Part shown: piece by piece, positions 42,089 to 50,345 of the stretch | How positions within the stretch are numbered: the first letter of the stretch is position 1 | How the letters are laid out: the number at the start of each line of letters is the position of its first letter | Assembly (NCBI GenBank): GCA_964344575.1 | Contig: CAYFOA010000009.1 | Span: 8,458 to 72,457, forward strand | Direction: 5' to 3' | DNA: 64,000 nt | Origin: an uncultured Rickettsiales bacterium | GTDB lineage: Bacteria > Myxococcota_A > UBA796 > UBA9615 | Notes under the pieces: model-generated | Told to the model about the DNA's origin: nothing | Databases searched by the model: none | The model's input: the letters and a program-made list of their open reading frames with translations, nothing else | Position numbers and translations under genes: made by a program

Positions 42089-43243
42089 ATGCGCGCCGAC
42101 GACACCTTCCCCGAAGGCACCGCCCTCGGCCCCGACCTGGTGCTGGAGCGCCGGGCCGCCGGCCTCGACGACCTCGAGCTTTGGGAGGCCACCCTGACGG
42201 AGGCCACCGGGGCGCAGTCGGCCGTCACCGCGAAGCTCCCGGGGCGGGGCGCGCGGGCCGACGCCGAGGCGCGGCTGCGGCGCGAGGCGGGGCTCTGGGT
42301 GATGCTCAACCACCCCCGCCTGCTGACCCCCGTGGGGCTCCAGCAGGCCGAGGGGCTCGCCGTCCTCGTCGGGGAGGGGCTGGACGGGCCGTCGCTGGCG
42401 AGCGTGAAGGCCGAGTCGGACAAGCGGCGGCAGCGCTGGCCCGCGAACGCGGTGCTCGAGCTGGTGTTCCAAGCGGCCGAGGGGCTGGTCCACGTCGAGC
42501 GCGCCGCGAGCCTGTCGGGCACGTGGCTCAACGCGGCGCACCGGGCGCTGACGCATGAGCGGATCCGGTTCAACGCGCAGGGCCGGGTGGTGCTCGCCGA
42601 CTTCGCGCAGTGCTGGACGGAGCTCGATCTCGGACCGGCCATGGCGCCCCCGTCGGACCCCGTGGAGGCGCGCTACCGGGCGCCCGAGCTGTGGGACGAG
42701 CCCGAGGGGGGACGGTGGGCGGACCTCTGGTCGCTCGGCGTCATCGCCTGGGAGCTGCTGACGAACCGCCCCTTCTCGAACGGCCTGACCCCCGAGGCGG
42801 TGCGCGCCGACGTCGAGTCCCGCACCGCGGAGACCGACGTCCGCAACGTGGCGTCCGGGCTCGACCTCACCGTGGCGCTCCTCGACCAGCTCCTGTCCCG
42901 CGACCCCGTCCGCCGCCACCTCGACCCGTCGCAGCTGATGCGCCTCTGCGCGGCGGCCCTGGAGCAGACCCCGCCGGGCGCGGGTCTGGACCGCGTGGTC
43001 GGCCTCCTCGGGAAGTTCACCCCCGCGACGTCCGCCCCGGTCCTGAAGGTCGACCCCGGCAGCACCGAGGGGGCCGCCCCGGCCCGCCCCGTGACCGAGA
43101 ACTGGTCGGTGATGACGACGGGCGGCGACGCCCCCAGCGGCAAGACGGAGGACTGGTCGGCGATCCCGCTGACGGGCGTCACCGGCGCCGACGGCCGCCC
43201 GCAGACGACGGACTGGTCGGCGATCCCGATGGACGACGACTAG
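42089..43243 (+). CDS. Pseudokinase: degenerate Ser/Thr-kinase-like domain with C-terminal DWSAIP repeats
   Basis: Kinase-like LNHPRLL, HRALTHERIRFN (HRD to HRA), DFA (for DFG), RYRAPELW and DLWSLGVIAWELLTNRPF. No Gly-rich loop. Three copies of xDWSAIPx at the C-terminus. It is antisense to the preT-MFS-preA direction. Confidence 0.62.
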   Translation: MRADDTFPEGTALGPDLVLERRAAGLDDLELWEATLTEATGAQSAVTAKLPGRGARADAEARLRREAGLWVMLNHPRLLTPVGLQQAEGLAVLVGEGLDGPSLASVKAESDKRRQRWPANAVLELVFQAAEGLVHVERAASLSGTWLNAAHRALTHERIRFNAQGRVVLADFAQCWTELDLGPAMAPPSDPVEARYRAPELWDEPEGGRWADLWSLGVIAWELLTNRPFSNGLTPEAVRADVESRTAETDVRNVASGLDLTVALLDQLLSRDPVRRHLDPSQLMRLCAAALEQTPPGAGLDRVVGLLGKFTPATSAPVLKVDPGSTEGAAPARPVTENWSVMTTGGDAPSGKTEDWSAIPLTGVTGADGRPQTTDWSAIPMDDD

Positions 43244-44472
43244 GCCGGAGCCTCGCCCTCCGCGGCCGGCCGGAGCGCGAACGCGAAGCCGATCGCGATG
43301 CTCGTCAGCCCCGTCGCGACGAGGAAGGGGAGGTCGAGGCGGACCTCGAGCAGCATGCCCGCGAACGTCGGGCCGATGACGCGGCCGAAGGCGACCATCG
43401 AGTTGGCGAGGCCGAACGCGCGGCCCTGCTCGTGGGCGGGGGCGGCGCGGCTGGCGAGGGCGAACGTCGCCGGGATCGACAGCCCCGCCCCCGTCGCGTG
43501 GAGCACGATCGGGACCAGCAGCCCCGGCCAGCTCACCGCCCACAGCGTCGTCAGGGGCGACAGCACCAGCGCGACGACGACGATCGCGAGGCCGGCCCGG
43601 ACGAGGCGCCGCTCGTTCCACCGGGGCGCCAGGATCGGCACCGCGAAGCCCTGGATCGCGATCACCACCAACCCGTACGTCACCATCAGGCTCGCGGTGT
43701 ACGTGGCCGCCTGGAGGTGCGCCTCGGGGCCCGTCCCCACGTACGCCCGTTCGAGGAACAGGGGGATGGCCTGCTGGAAGATCGCCGTCGAGGTGGCCGC
43801 GAACCCGAAGATCCCCAGGCAGGCCGTGAACGAGGGCCACGCGCGGGCGTCGTGGAGCGTCTGCCGGGACAGGATGGTCGCCAGCGGGCCCGTCACCTCG
43901 GTCCTCGGCGACGTCTCCGGGTAGAGGCGCCAGGCCAGCCCCGCGGCGGCGAGGCTGAACCCCGCCGCCAGCAGCAGCGGCTCGCGCAGGCCGGTCGCGC
44001 CGAGCGTCCCCCCGATCATCGCCCCGACGAGGAACCCCAGCCCCATCGCGCCGCCGACGTGCCCCATCGCCGCCGCCCGCTCCGATGGCGCCGACCGGTC
44101 CGCGAGGGAAGCCGCCGCGATGGCGAGCGTCGCGTTGCCGAACCCCGCGATCATCCGCCCCGCGAACGCCATCGGGAGGGTCTGGGCGAGCCCGAGGACG
44201 ACCAGCCCCATCACGGACGTGCACAGCGACCACAGGATCAGCGGACGTCGCCCGTGCCGGTCGCTCAGCCGGCCCCACACGGGGACCATCAGGAGCTGCA
44301 TCGCCGCGTAGCTCGCCTCGAGCCAGGTCACGCGCGTCGCGTCGGCGCCGAGCGACTCGGCGAAGAACGGCTGGATGGGGATGAGGATCCCCGCGCCGAC
44401 GAGGTCGAGGAAGACGACGGCGAGGACGATCGTCCGCTGCCGCTTGGTCAGCGTGGGGGTCGGCTCGGTCAA
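43240..44472 (-). CDS. MFS transporter (DHA1/tetracycline-efflux-like, 12 TM)
   Basis: 410 aa with MFS motifs (GRLSDRHGRRP). The start overlaps the preT stop (ATGA). Confidence 0.85.
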   Translation of the reverse strand: MTEPTPTLTKRQRTIVLAVVFLDLVGAGILIPIQPFFAESLGADATRVTWLEASYAAMQLLMVPVWGRLSDRHGRRPLILWSLCTSVMGLVVLGLAQTLPMAFAGRMIAGFGNATLAIAAASLADRSAPSERAAAMGHVGGAMGLGFLVGAMIGGTLGATGLREPLLLAAGFSLAAAGLAWRLYPETSPRTEVTGPLATILSRQTLHDARAWPSFTACLGIFGFAATSTAIFQQAIPLFLERAYVGTGPEAHLQAATYTASLMVTYGLVVIAIQGFAVPILAPRWNERRLVRAGLAIVVVALVLSPLTTLWAVSWPGLLVPIVLHATGAGLSIPATFALASRAAPAHEQGRAFGLANSMVAFGRVIGPTFAGMLLEVRLDLPFLVATGLTSIAIGFAFALRPAAEGEAPA

Positions 44473-45833
44473 CCGCCGAGGGCGACGTGGATCGCGTGCG
44501 CGGCCCGCTTCCCTTCGGCGGCGGCGTTGACGACCTCCTTGCCGCCGTTGGCGACGTCACCGCCGGCGAACACCTTCGGGTTGGCGGTGCAGCCGTCCTC
44601 GTCGACGACCAGCCGGCCCCACTCCAGCTCGACGCCGGGGATCCCCTGCAGGAGCGATGTCAGCTTGCCCTGGCCCGCCGCCACGACGACCAGCTCGGCG
44701 GGGACGACCCAGCTGTGGTCGCCCTTGCGGACCAGCTTGCGCCCCTTGGGGTCGGACGGGTCGATCCCCATCGCGTGGCACTCCACGCCCGTGACCTTGC
44801 CGTCCTCGCCGACGTAGGCGACCGGCTGGCTGTGCCACGACGCCATCGCACCCGCCCGCTTGGCGTAGTCCCACTCGTGCTCGTAGCCCGTCATCGAGCC
44901 CTCGTCGCGGCGGTAGATCATCGTGACGCAGGGGATCCCGAGGACGAGCAGCTCGCGGACGACGTCCAGCGCCGTGTTGCCCCCGCCGACCACCGCGGCG
45001 TGGATGACGCCGTCGGTGGCGGGGTCGCCGCCGGTCTTCCACCGCTCGATGATCTCGACCCCGCCGAACACGCCGTCGAGGTCCTCGCCGGGCACGCCGA
45101 GGCTGCTGTCGGTCCCCAGCCCGACGCCCACGAACACGGCGTCGTGGCCGCCGATGAGGTCGTCCCAGGAGACGTCCTTGCCGACCTCGACGCCCGTCCT
45201 CACCTCGACCCCCATCGAGTCGACGATCCACGCCACTTCGGCCAGCGAAGCGTCCGCGGCCATCTTGTAGGGGGCGACGCCGGTGGTGTTGAGCCCGCCG
45301 GGCAGCGGCCGCTTCTCGTACAGGACCGTCGCGTGGCCGAGCTTCCGGAGCTCGTGCGCGCACGCCAGCGACGCCGGGCCCGCGCCGACCAAGGCCACGG
45401 TCTTGCCCGAGTCCGGCCCCGGGGCGTACAGTTCCCAGCCCTTCAGGAACGCGGTGTCGGTGGAGTAGCGCTGGAGCCGCCCGATCTGGATCGGGGGGAT
45501 GTCCTCGTGGTTGTAGACGCACTTCCCGACGCAGAGCACCTCCACGGGGCAGACGCGCGCGCAGGACATGCCGAGGATGTTCGAGTCGAAGATGGTCCGC
45601 GCCGAGCCCTTGACGTTGTCCGTCGCGATCTTCCGGATGAACTCGGGGATGTCGATGGACGTGGGGCACGCCTCGACGCAGGGGGCGTCGTAGCAGTACA
45701 GGCAACGCGACGCCTCCGCGATGGCCTGGGCGCGCGTGTACAGCGGCTTGCCGTCGTCGAACTTCGTCTCCGCCCGGTCCGCCGGCAGGTCCGGGTGGGG
45801 AGCTGTGAATCCAGCCAACGTCGTCGCCGCCAT
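44469..45833 (-). CDS. preT: Dihydropyrimidine dehydrogenase subunit PreT (GltD-like FAD/NAD(P) oxidoreductase with N-terminal Fe-S)
   Basis: CLYCYDAPCVEACPTSIDIPEFI, then GAGPASLACAHEL dinucleotide folds. GAGGAGG precedes the ATG. Confidence 0.88.
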   Translation of the reverse strand: MAATTLAGFTAPHPDLPADRAETKFDDGKPLYTRAQAIAEASRCLYCYDAPCVEACPTSIDIPEFIRKIATDNVKGSARTIFDSNILGMSCARVCPVEVLCVGKCVYNHEDIPPIQIGRLQRYSTDTAFLKGWELYAPGPDSGKTVALVGAGPASLACAHELRKLGHATVLYEKRPLPGGLNTTGVAPYKMAADASLAEVAWIVDSMGVEVRTGVEVGKDVSWDDLIGGHDAVFVGVGLGTDSSLGVPGEDLDGVFGGVEIIERWKTGGDPATDGVIHAAVVGGGNTALDVVRELLVLGIPCVTMIYRRDEGSMTGYEHEWDYAKRAGAMASWHSQPVAYVGEDGKVTGVECHAMGIDPSDPKGRKLVRKGDHSWVVPAELVVVAAGQGKLTSLLQGIPGVELEWGRLVVDEDGCTANPKVFAGGDVANGGKEVVNAAAEGKRAAHAIHVALGG

Positions 45834-45863
45834 GTCGCCTCCTCGCGTCCGCGAACGACGAGT

Positions 45864-46593
45864 CTAACCGGGGATGACCCAGGGCTCCCACCCGCGGGCG
45901 TAGGCGAGCGCGAAGGATCCCAGGAAGACGGCGTACAGCGCGGGCACGACGAGGAGCCAGCGGCGGTCCCAGCGGAGCTCCTCTTCGGGGACGTCGCGCA
46001 GGTCCAGGGGGCCGATGATCAGCGCGTAGAGGACCCCCACGAGGACCGCCGCGGCGACGACGTCGGCGAGGTAGTGCTGCTTCACGAACATGGTCGAGGC
46101 GCCCACCAGCGCGACGTTGATCAGCCCCAGGATCGCGACCGGACGATCCGCCTTCCAGCACGCCGCCGCCGCCAGCGCCGCCGCCGCGACGTGCAGGGAA
46201 GGGAAGCAGTTCATGGGCTCGTCGGCCCAGTACATGAAGTGCATCCCCCAGTTCGTCAGCGTGTCGGGCGGGGGCAGCGGGTCGGCCCGGAGCGTGTAGC
46301 GGACGGGGTAGACGATGAACGTCGTCAGCGCGATGACCTCGAGGACGAGCGCGGCCACCGCCATGCGCCGGAAGAGCCCGTCGTGCTTGATGACGAGGAC
46401 GGGCACGTAGCAGGTCACGAAGAGCAGCGCGTAGATGTAGAGCCACTCCGGGCGCAGCGGCGTGGCGACGTCCACGGGCAGCGTCAGCTCGTGCCCGGGA
46501 CGGGACGCTGTCCAGCGATTGACGGGCCAGTAGAGCGAGTACACGGCGCTCAGCCCGACCACGAGGAGCAGCCGCTCGAGAGCCCGGGGCATG
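45864..46593 (-). CDS. PAP2-family membrane phosphatase
   Basis: Motifs PSLHVAAAALAAA and FVKQHYLADVVAAAVLG (PSGH / SRx5Hx3D-like) with multiple TM segments. The ATG at 46593 (MPRALERLL) is preferred over the track start at 46721. Confidence 0.65.
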
Positions 46594-46759
46594 GGTCCAG
46601 AGTACGTCTTTTCGTGGTCAAGCCCGGCCGGGCGGGGCCGATGAGACGGTCGTTCGCATCCACACGAAACGGCACCCCCGTACGAAAGGCGGGCTCGCAA
46701 AGCCACTGGCCTACGGCGCACGACGCTACGGCTCGAAGGGCTACCGAACTGGAGAGCAC

Positions 46760-47758
46760 ATGCTTGCCACCCCGACGCGCCTCGGCGCGCTCGCTGCCCT
46801 CACCCTCATCCCCGCCATCGCGCTCGCCGGCTCCTCGGAGGTCGACTTCGTCGCCGTCGTGGACGTGCTCGACCTCGACAACCAGCTCGTGGAGGACGCG
46901 GGCCTCCTGGACTACGACGGCCCCGTGGTCGTCGCCCACACCGCCCCCAACGAGGACGGCGTCCTCGACTACTGGCTCCGCTTCGACCACGTCGCCGAGG
47001 CGGGCGCGCCGCTGGCGGGGGTCGCCGAGCTGTCGATCCTCGACGAGCGCTACGACGAGATGCCCGCGATCCTCACCGACCGCCTCGACGCGGTCGCCAT
47101 CGTCGACTCCCTCGCCGGCCAGCTCGCCGCCGAGGACGTCCGCGCGATCATCGATCCGATGTACGTCGACGAGCGCGCCCTCGAGGAGCTGAACGCCTGG
47201 GACGCCGACTCGCTCGTCGCCGTGGGCAAGGACTTCGAGCACGCGGTGCGGTCGTCCTCGGGCCTCGCCTTCGCGCCGCCGAACCGGACCACCGCGGCCT
47301 CGCTGGAGGCGTCCGTGGCCCCCTTCTACGCGGACGACTACCGCGGCCTGCTGTGCGAGGGCGCGATCCTCGACACCTGCGCCATCGCCACGCGCTTCGC
47401 GGGCGGCCTCTGGATCGACTGGGTGGTCGGCCCCGCAGGCGGCGACGGCAGCGGCTCCAACGCCGACGCCGGCGACGACGTCGAGACCGAGGTCGAGGAG
47501 ACCGAGGCGGACGACGCCGACGAGGAGGCCGAGGCGGACACGGCCACCGGCTCGGCGCCGACCGCGGACGAGACCGACGAGGCCAAGGGCGGCGACGACA
47601 CGGCCGTCGGCAGCACCGAGGTCGACGCCCCCGAGGCGCCCGAGGAGGACCACGACACGGACGTCCACCTCGACACGCACGTCCCCTCGGACACGCACGT
47701 CGACGAGGAGACCGAGGTCGACGCCCACTGGGCCCCGCCCCCGGCCCCCGCGCACTAG
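46760..47758 (+). CDS. Secreted acidic hypothetical protein
   Basis: Signal peptide (ALTLIPAIALAGS). The C-terminal third is Asp/Glu/Thr-rich low complexity. Confidence 0.55.
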   Translation: MLATPTRLGALAALTLIPAIALAGSSEVDFVAVVDVLDLDNQLVEDAGLLDYDGPVVVAHTAPNEDGVLDYWLRFDHVAEAGAPLAGVAELSILDERYDEMPAILTDRLDAVAIVDSLAGQLAAEDVRAIIDPMYVDERALEELNAWDADSLVAVGKDFEHAVRSSSGLAFAPPNRTTAASLEASVAPFYADDYRGLLCEGAILDTCAIATRFAGGLWIDWVVGPAGGDGSGSNADAGDDVETEVEETEADDADEEAEADTATGSAPTADETDEAKGGDDTAVGSTEVDAPEAPEEDHDTDVHLDTHVPSDTHVDEETEVDAHWAPPPAPAH

Positions 47759-47821
47759 GAGTCCCGCACCGGGACCCGGCACGGCTCCGCGTCGCCACGG
47801 CGCGGAGTTCGTGCTTGGGGT

Positions 47822-47851
47822 AGCCTCCGAACCCCCTGAGCGGAGGCTTTT
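47822..47851 (+). terminator. Stem-loop (8-bp perfect stem AGCCTCCG/CGGAGGCT, 11-nt loop) followed by TTTT; it overlaps the aldehyde dehydrogenase ribosome-binding site
   Basis: Read directly: ggggtagcctccgaaccccctgagcggaggcttttcATG. A second inverted repeat, CTCCGCG...CGCGGAG, sits at about 47788-47806. Confidence 0.4.
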
Positions 47852-47852
47852 C

Positions 47853-49337
47853 ATGGGCGATCGTCAGTTCCTCAACTACATCGACGGCGAGTGGGTGGCG
47901 GGCTCCGGCACGGACCCCATCGCGGACGTCAACCCGGCCGACACGCGCGAGATCGTCGGCTACGCGACCGACTCCGAGGCGGCGGACGTGGACGCGGCGG
48001 TGGCCGCGGCGAGCGCCGCGTTCGCGGCGTGGCGGGCGACCCCGGCGCCGAAGCGGGGGAAGATCGTCCAGGCCGCGGGCCGGCTGTACGAGCAGCGGGC
48101 GGCCGAGATCGGAGAGGTCCTCACGCGCGAGGAGGGGAAGATCCTCGCGGAGGCGAAGGGCGAGGTGCAGAAGGGGGCCAACCTCGTCGACTTCCTCTCC
48201 GGCGAGGCGCGCCGCCTGAACGGCGAGACGGTCCCGTCGGAGATCCCCAACACGTTCGCGTACACGGTCCGCTGCCCGCTCGGGGTGGTGGGGCTGATCA
48301 CGCCGTGGAACTTCCCCATGGCGATCCCCGCGTGGAAGATCGCGCCGGCGCTGGTGGCGGGGAACACGGTCGTCATCAAGGGGGCCGAGCAGACGCCGTG
48401 GACCACCGAGCTGGTGGTCCAGGCGTTCATCGACGCGGGCGTCCCGCGGGGGGTCCTGAACATGGTCCAGGGGCGCGGCCGGACGGCGGGGGCGGCGCTG
48501 GTCGATCACCCCGACGTGGCCGCGATCTCGTTCACGGGCTCGACGGAGATCGGGCGGCACATCTGGGCGCGGGGGGCGTCGCTGGGCAAGCCGGTGCAGT
48601 GCGAGCTGGGGGGGAAGAACCCGATCATCGTGCTCGCGGACGGCGACCTCGACATGGCGGTGGCGGCGACGGCGAAGGGCGCGTTCGGCTCGACCGGTCA
48701 GCGCTGCACGGCGACGTCTCGGGCGATCGTGGACCGCCGGATCCACGACGAGTTCGTGGAGCGGGTCGCGGCGGAGGCGAAGAAGGTGATCCCGGGCAAC
48801 GGGCTCGACCCGCGCACCACGATGGGGCCGTCGGTCGACAAGGAGCAGTTCGGGAAGGTCCACGAGTACCTCGACATCGGCGCCGCCGAGGGCGTCGAGG
48901 TCATCTGCGGCGGCCGCCGCGCGAGCGACGGCGCGCTGGAGTACGGGCTCTTCACGGAGCCGACGGTCTTCGACGGCGTCACCCGCGACATGCGCGTGGC
49001 CCGCGAGGAGATCTTCGGGCCCGTCCTGTCGGTCATCGAGGTGGACGGGATCGAGGAGGGGCTGGAGGTCGCCAACGACGTCGAGTTCGGGCTGACGTCC
49101 AGCGTCTACACGAACGACGTCAACAAGGTCTTCCAGTACATCGACCACATCGAGACGGGGATGCTCCACGTCAACTCGCCGACCATCGGCGGCGAGGCGC
49201 AGCTGCCGTTCGGCGGCATGAAGAAGACGGGCGTCGGGCCGCGCGAGATGGGGAAGACCGCGATCGAGTTCTTCACCGAGTGGAAGACGGTCTACATCGA
49301 CTACAGCGGCGGGTTCCGCGGCGGGAACCTGTACTAG
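47853..49337 (+). CDS. NAD(P)-dependent aldehyde dehydrogenase
   Basis: The ATG at 47853 follows the GGAGG. ALDH motifs ELGGKNPIIV and GQRCTA (catalytic Cys). Confidence 0.9.
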   Translation: MGDRQFLNYIDGEWVAGSGTDPIADVNPADTREIVGYATDSEAADVDAAVAAASAAFAAWRATPAPKRGKIVQAAGRLYEQRAAEIGEVLTREEGKILAEAKGEVQKGANLVDFLSGEARRLNGETVPSEIPNTFAYTVRCPLGVVGLITPWNFPMAIPAWKIAPALVAGNTVVIKGAEQTPWTTELVVQAFIDAGVPRGVLNMVQGRGRTAGAALVDHPDVAAISFTGSTEIGRHIWARGASLGKPVQCELGGKNPIIVLADGDLDMAVAATAKGAFGSTGQRCTATSRAIVDRRIHDEFVERVAAEAKKVIPGNGLDPRTTMGPSVDKEQFGKVHEYLDIGAAEGVEVICGGRRASDGALEYGLFTEPTVFDGVTRDMRVAREEIFGPVLSVIEVDGIEEGLEVANDVEFGLTSSVYTNDVNKVFQYIDHIETGMLHVNSPTIGGEAQLPFGGMKKTGVGPREMGKTAIEFFTEWKTVYIDYSGGFRGGNLY

Positions 49338-49792
49338 GGGACAGCGAGGTAGCCCTCGAGGTTGTACTTCCGCGTCCCCGAGGTGGGGTTGCGGAACCGG
49401 ACCGTCGAGCCCGCCGTGAAGGTCACGTGCCCCCGTCCGGCGCTCAGGTACCCGCCGGTGTTCGAACCCCCGCCGCAGTACCCGGCGTAGGTCGCGCCGT
49501 AGACGCGGGTCCACTCGTTCCCCACCGGGTCGAGCTCGTTCATGTTCACGTCGCCGTTCATGCACAGCGACGTCATCACGAACACGCGGTCGGCGGGGAC
49601 GGTGTAGACGTCGAAGTGAGCGCTGGCGCCCAGCGATCCGGCGAAGTCGAGCCACGGGTGGGCGCCGCCGGTGACGACCGGACCCAGCGCCTGGGCGCGG
49701 GCGTCTCCGCCGGACCGGTGGAGGGTGAGGCTGAACAGGAGCAGGGACGTGGCCGCGACGAGGGCGGCGAGGGCGAAGATGGACTTGTGCAT
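49334..49792 (-). CDS. Small secreted protein, paralog 1 of an unrecognised family (GPVVTGG...YTVPADRxFV...GYLAxP)
   Basis: 152 aa with a signal peptide. GGAGG precedes the ATG. It shares collinear motifs with the genes at 49836-50291 and 54604-55056. Confidence 0.7.
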   Translation of the reverse strand: MHKSIFALAALVAATSLLLFSLTLHRSGGDARAQALGPVVTGGAHPWLDFAGSLGASAHFDVYTVPADRVFVMTSLCMNGDVNMNELDPVGNEWTRVYGATYAGYCGGGSNTGGYLSAGRGHVTFTAGSTVRFRNPTSGTRKYNLEGYLAVP

Positions 49793-49835
49793 GGAGGCCT
49801 CCGGGCGCCGATCCTACGCGGCCCCCGGCGCGCCG

Positions 49836-50291
49836 TCAGGGGGCCGCGAGGTAGCCCTCCAGCGTGTAGTCGACCTGGTTGCTGTACGTGTTCTGGAGGC
49901 GCACCGTGGTCCCGGCGGCGAACGTGACGTGGCCCCGTCCCTGGGCGAGGTAGCCGCCGGTGTTGGTCCCCGCGCACAGCGCCGCCGTGGTCCCCCCCTC
50001 GAGCTTGAGGTTGGTGATCGACGACACCAGCTCGCGCAGGTCGAGCGTCGAGTTCGACGTGCACATGCCCGTCACCACGAACACCCGGTCCGCGGGGACC
50101 GTGTAGAGGTCGACGAAGGCGTTGCCCGCGACCGTTCCGGAGAAGTCCTGCCAGGGGTGGGCGCCGCCGGTGACGACGGGACCGGCCGGGTGGGCCTGGG
50201 CGACGCCGGCCTCGCGGTAGTCGGCGAGGGCGAAGATCAACAGCGAGGACGCCGCGACGAGGCCGGCGAGGCTGAGGATGGTCTTGTGCAT
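49836..50291 (-). CDS. Small secreted protein, paralog 2 of the same family
   Basis: The true start is the ATG at 50291 (MHKTILSLAGLVAASSLLIFALA), with GGAGG upstream. The remaining 1260 codons of the track ORF 49836..54083 are an artefact antisense to the MCR/Kelch gene. Confidence 0.7.
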   Translation of the reverse strand: MHKTILSLAGLVAASSLLIFALADYREAGVAQAHPAGPVVTGGAHPWQDFSGTVAGNAFVDLYTVPADRVFVVTGMCTSNSTLDLRELVSSITNLKLEGGTTAALCAGTNTGGYLAQGRGHVTFAAGTTVRLQNTYSNQVDYTLEGYLAAP

Positions 50292-50345
50292 GGAACCTCC
50301 AGAGGCGGATCCTACGCGGGGCGCGTTCCGTCGTAAGGTCGTCCG

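Noticed and set aside
40709-44560. 1283-aa minus-strand track ORF, and 49836-54083 1415-aa minus-strand track ORF.
   Set aside because: Both are real genes (preA; paralog 2) with long artefactual 5' extensions through GC-rich antisense sequence. The internal ATGs with ribosome-binding sites at 42043 and 50291 give proteins of the expected family sizes.
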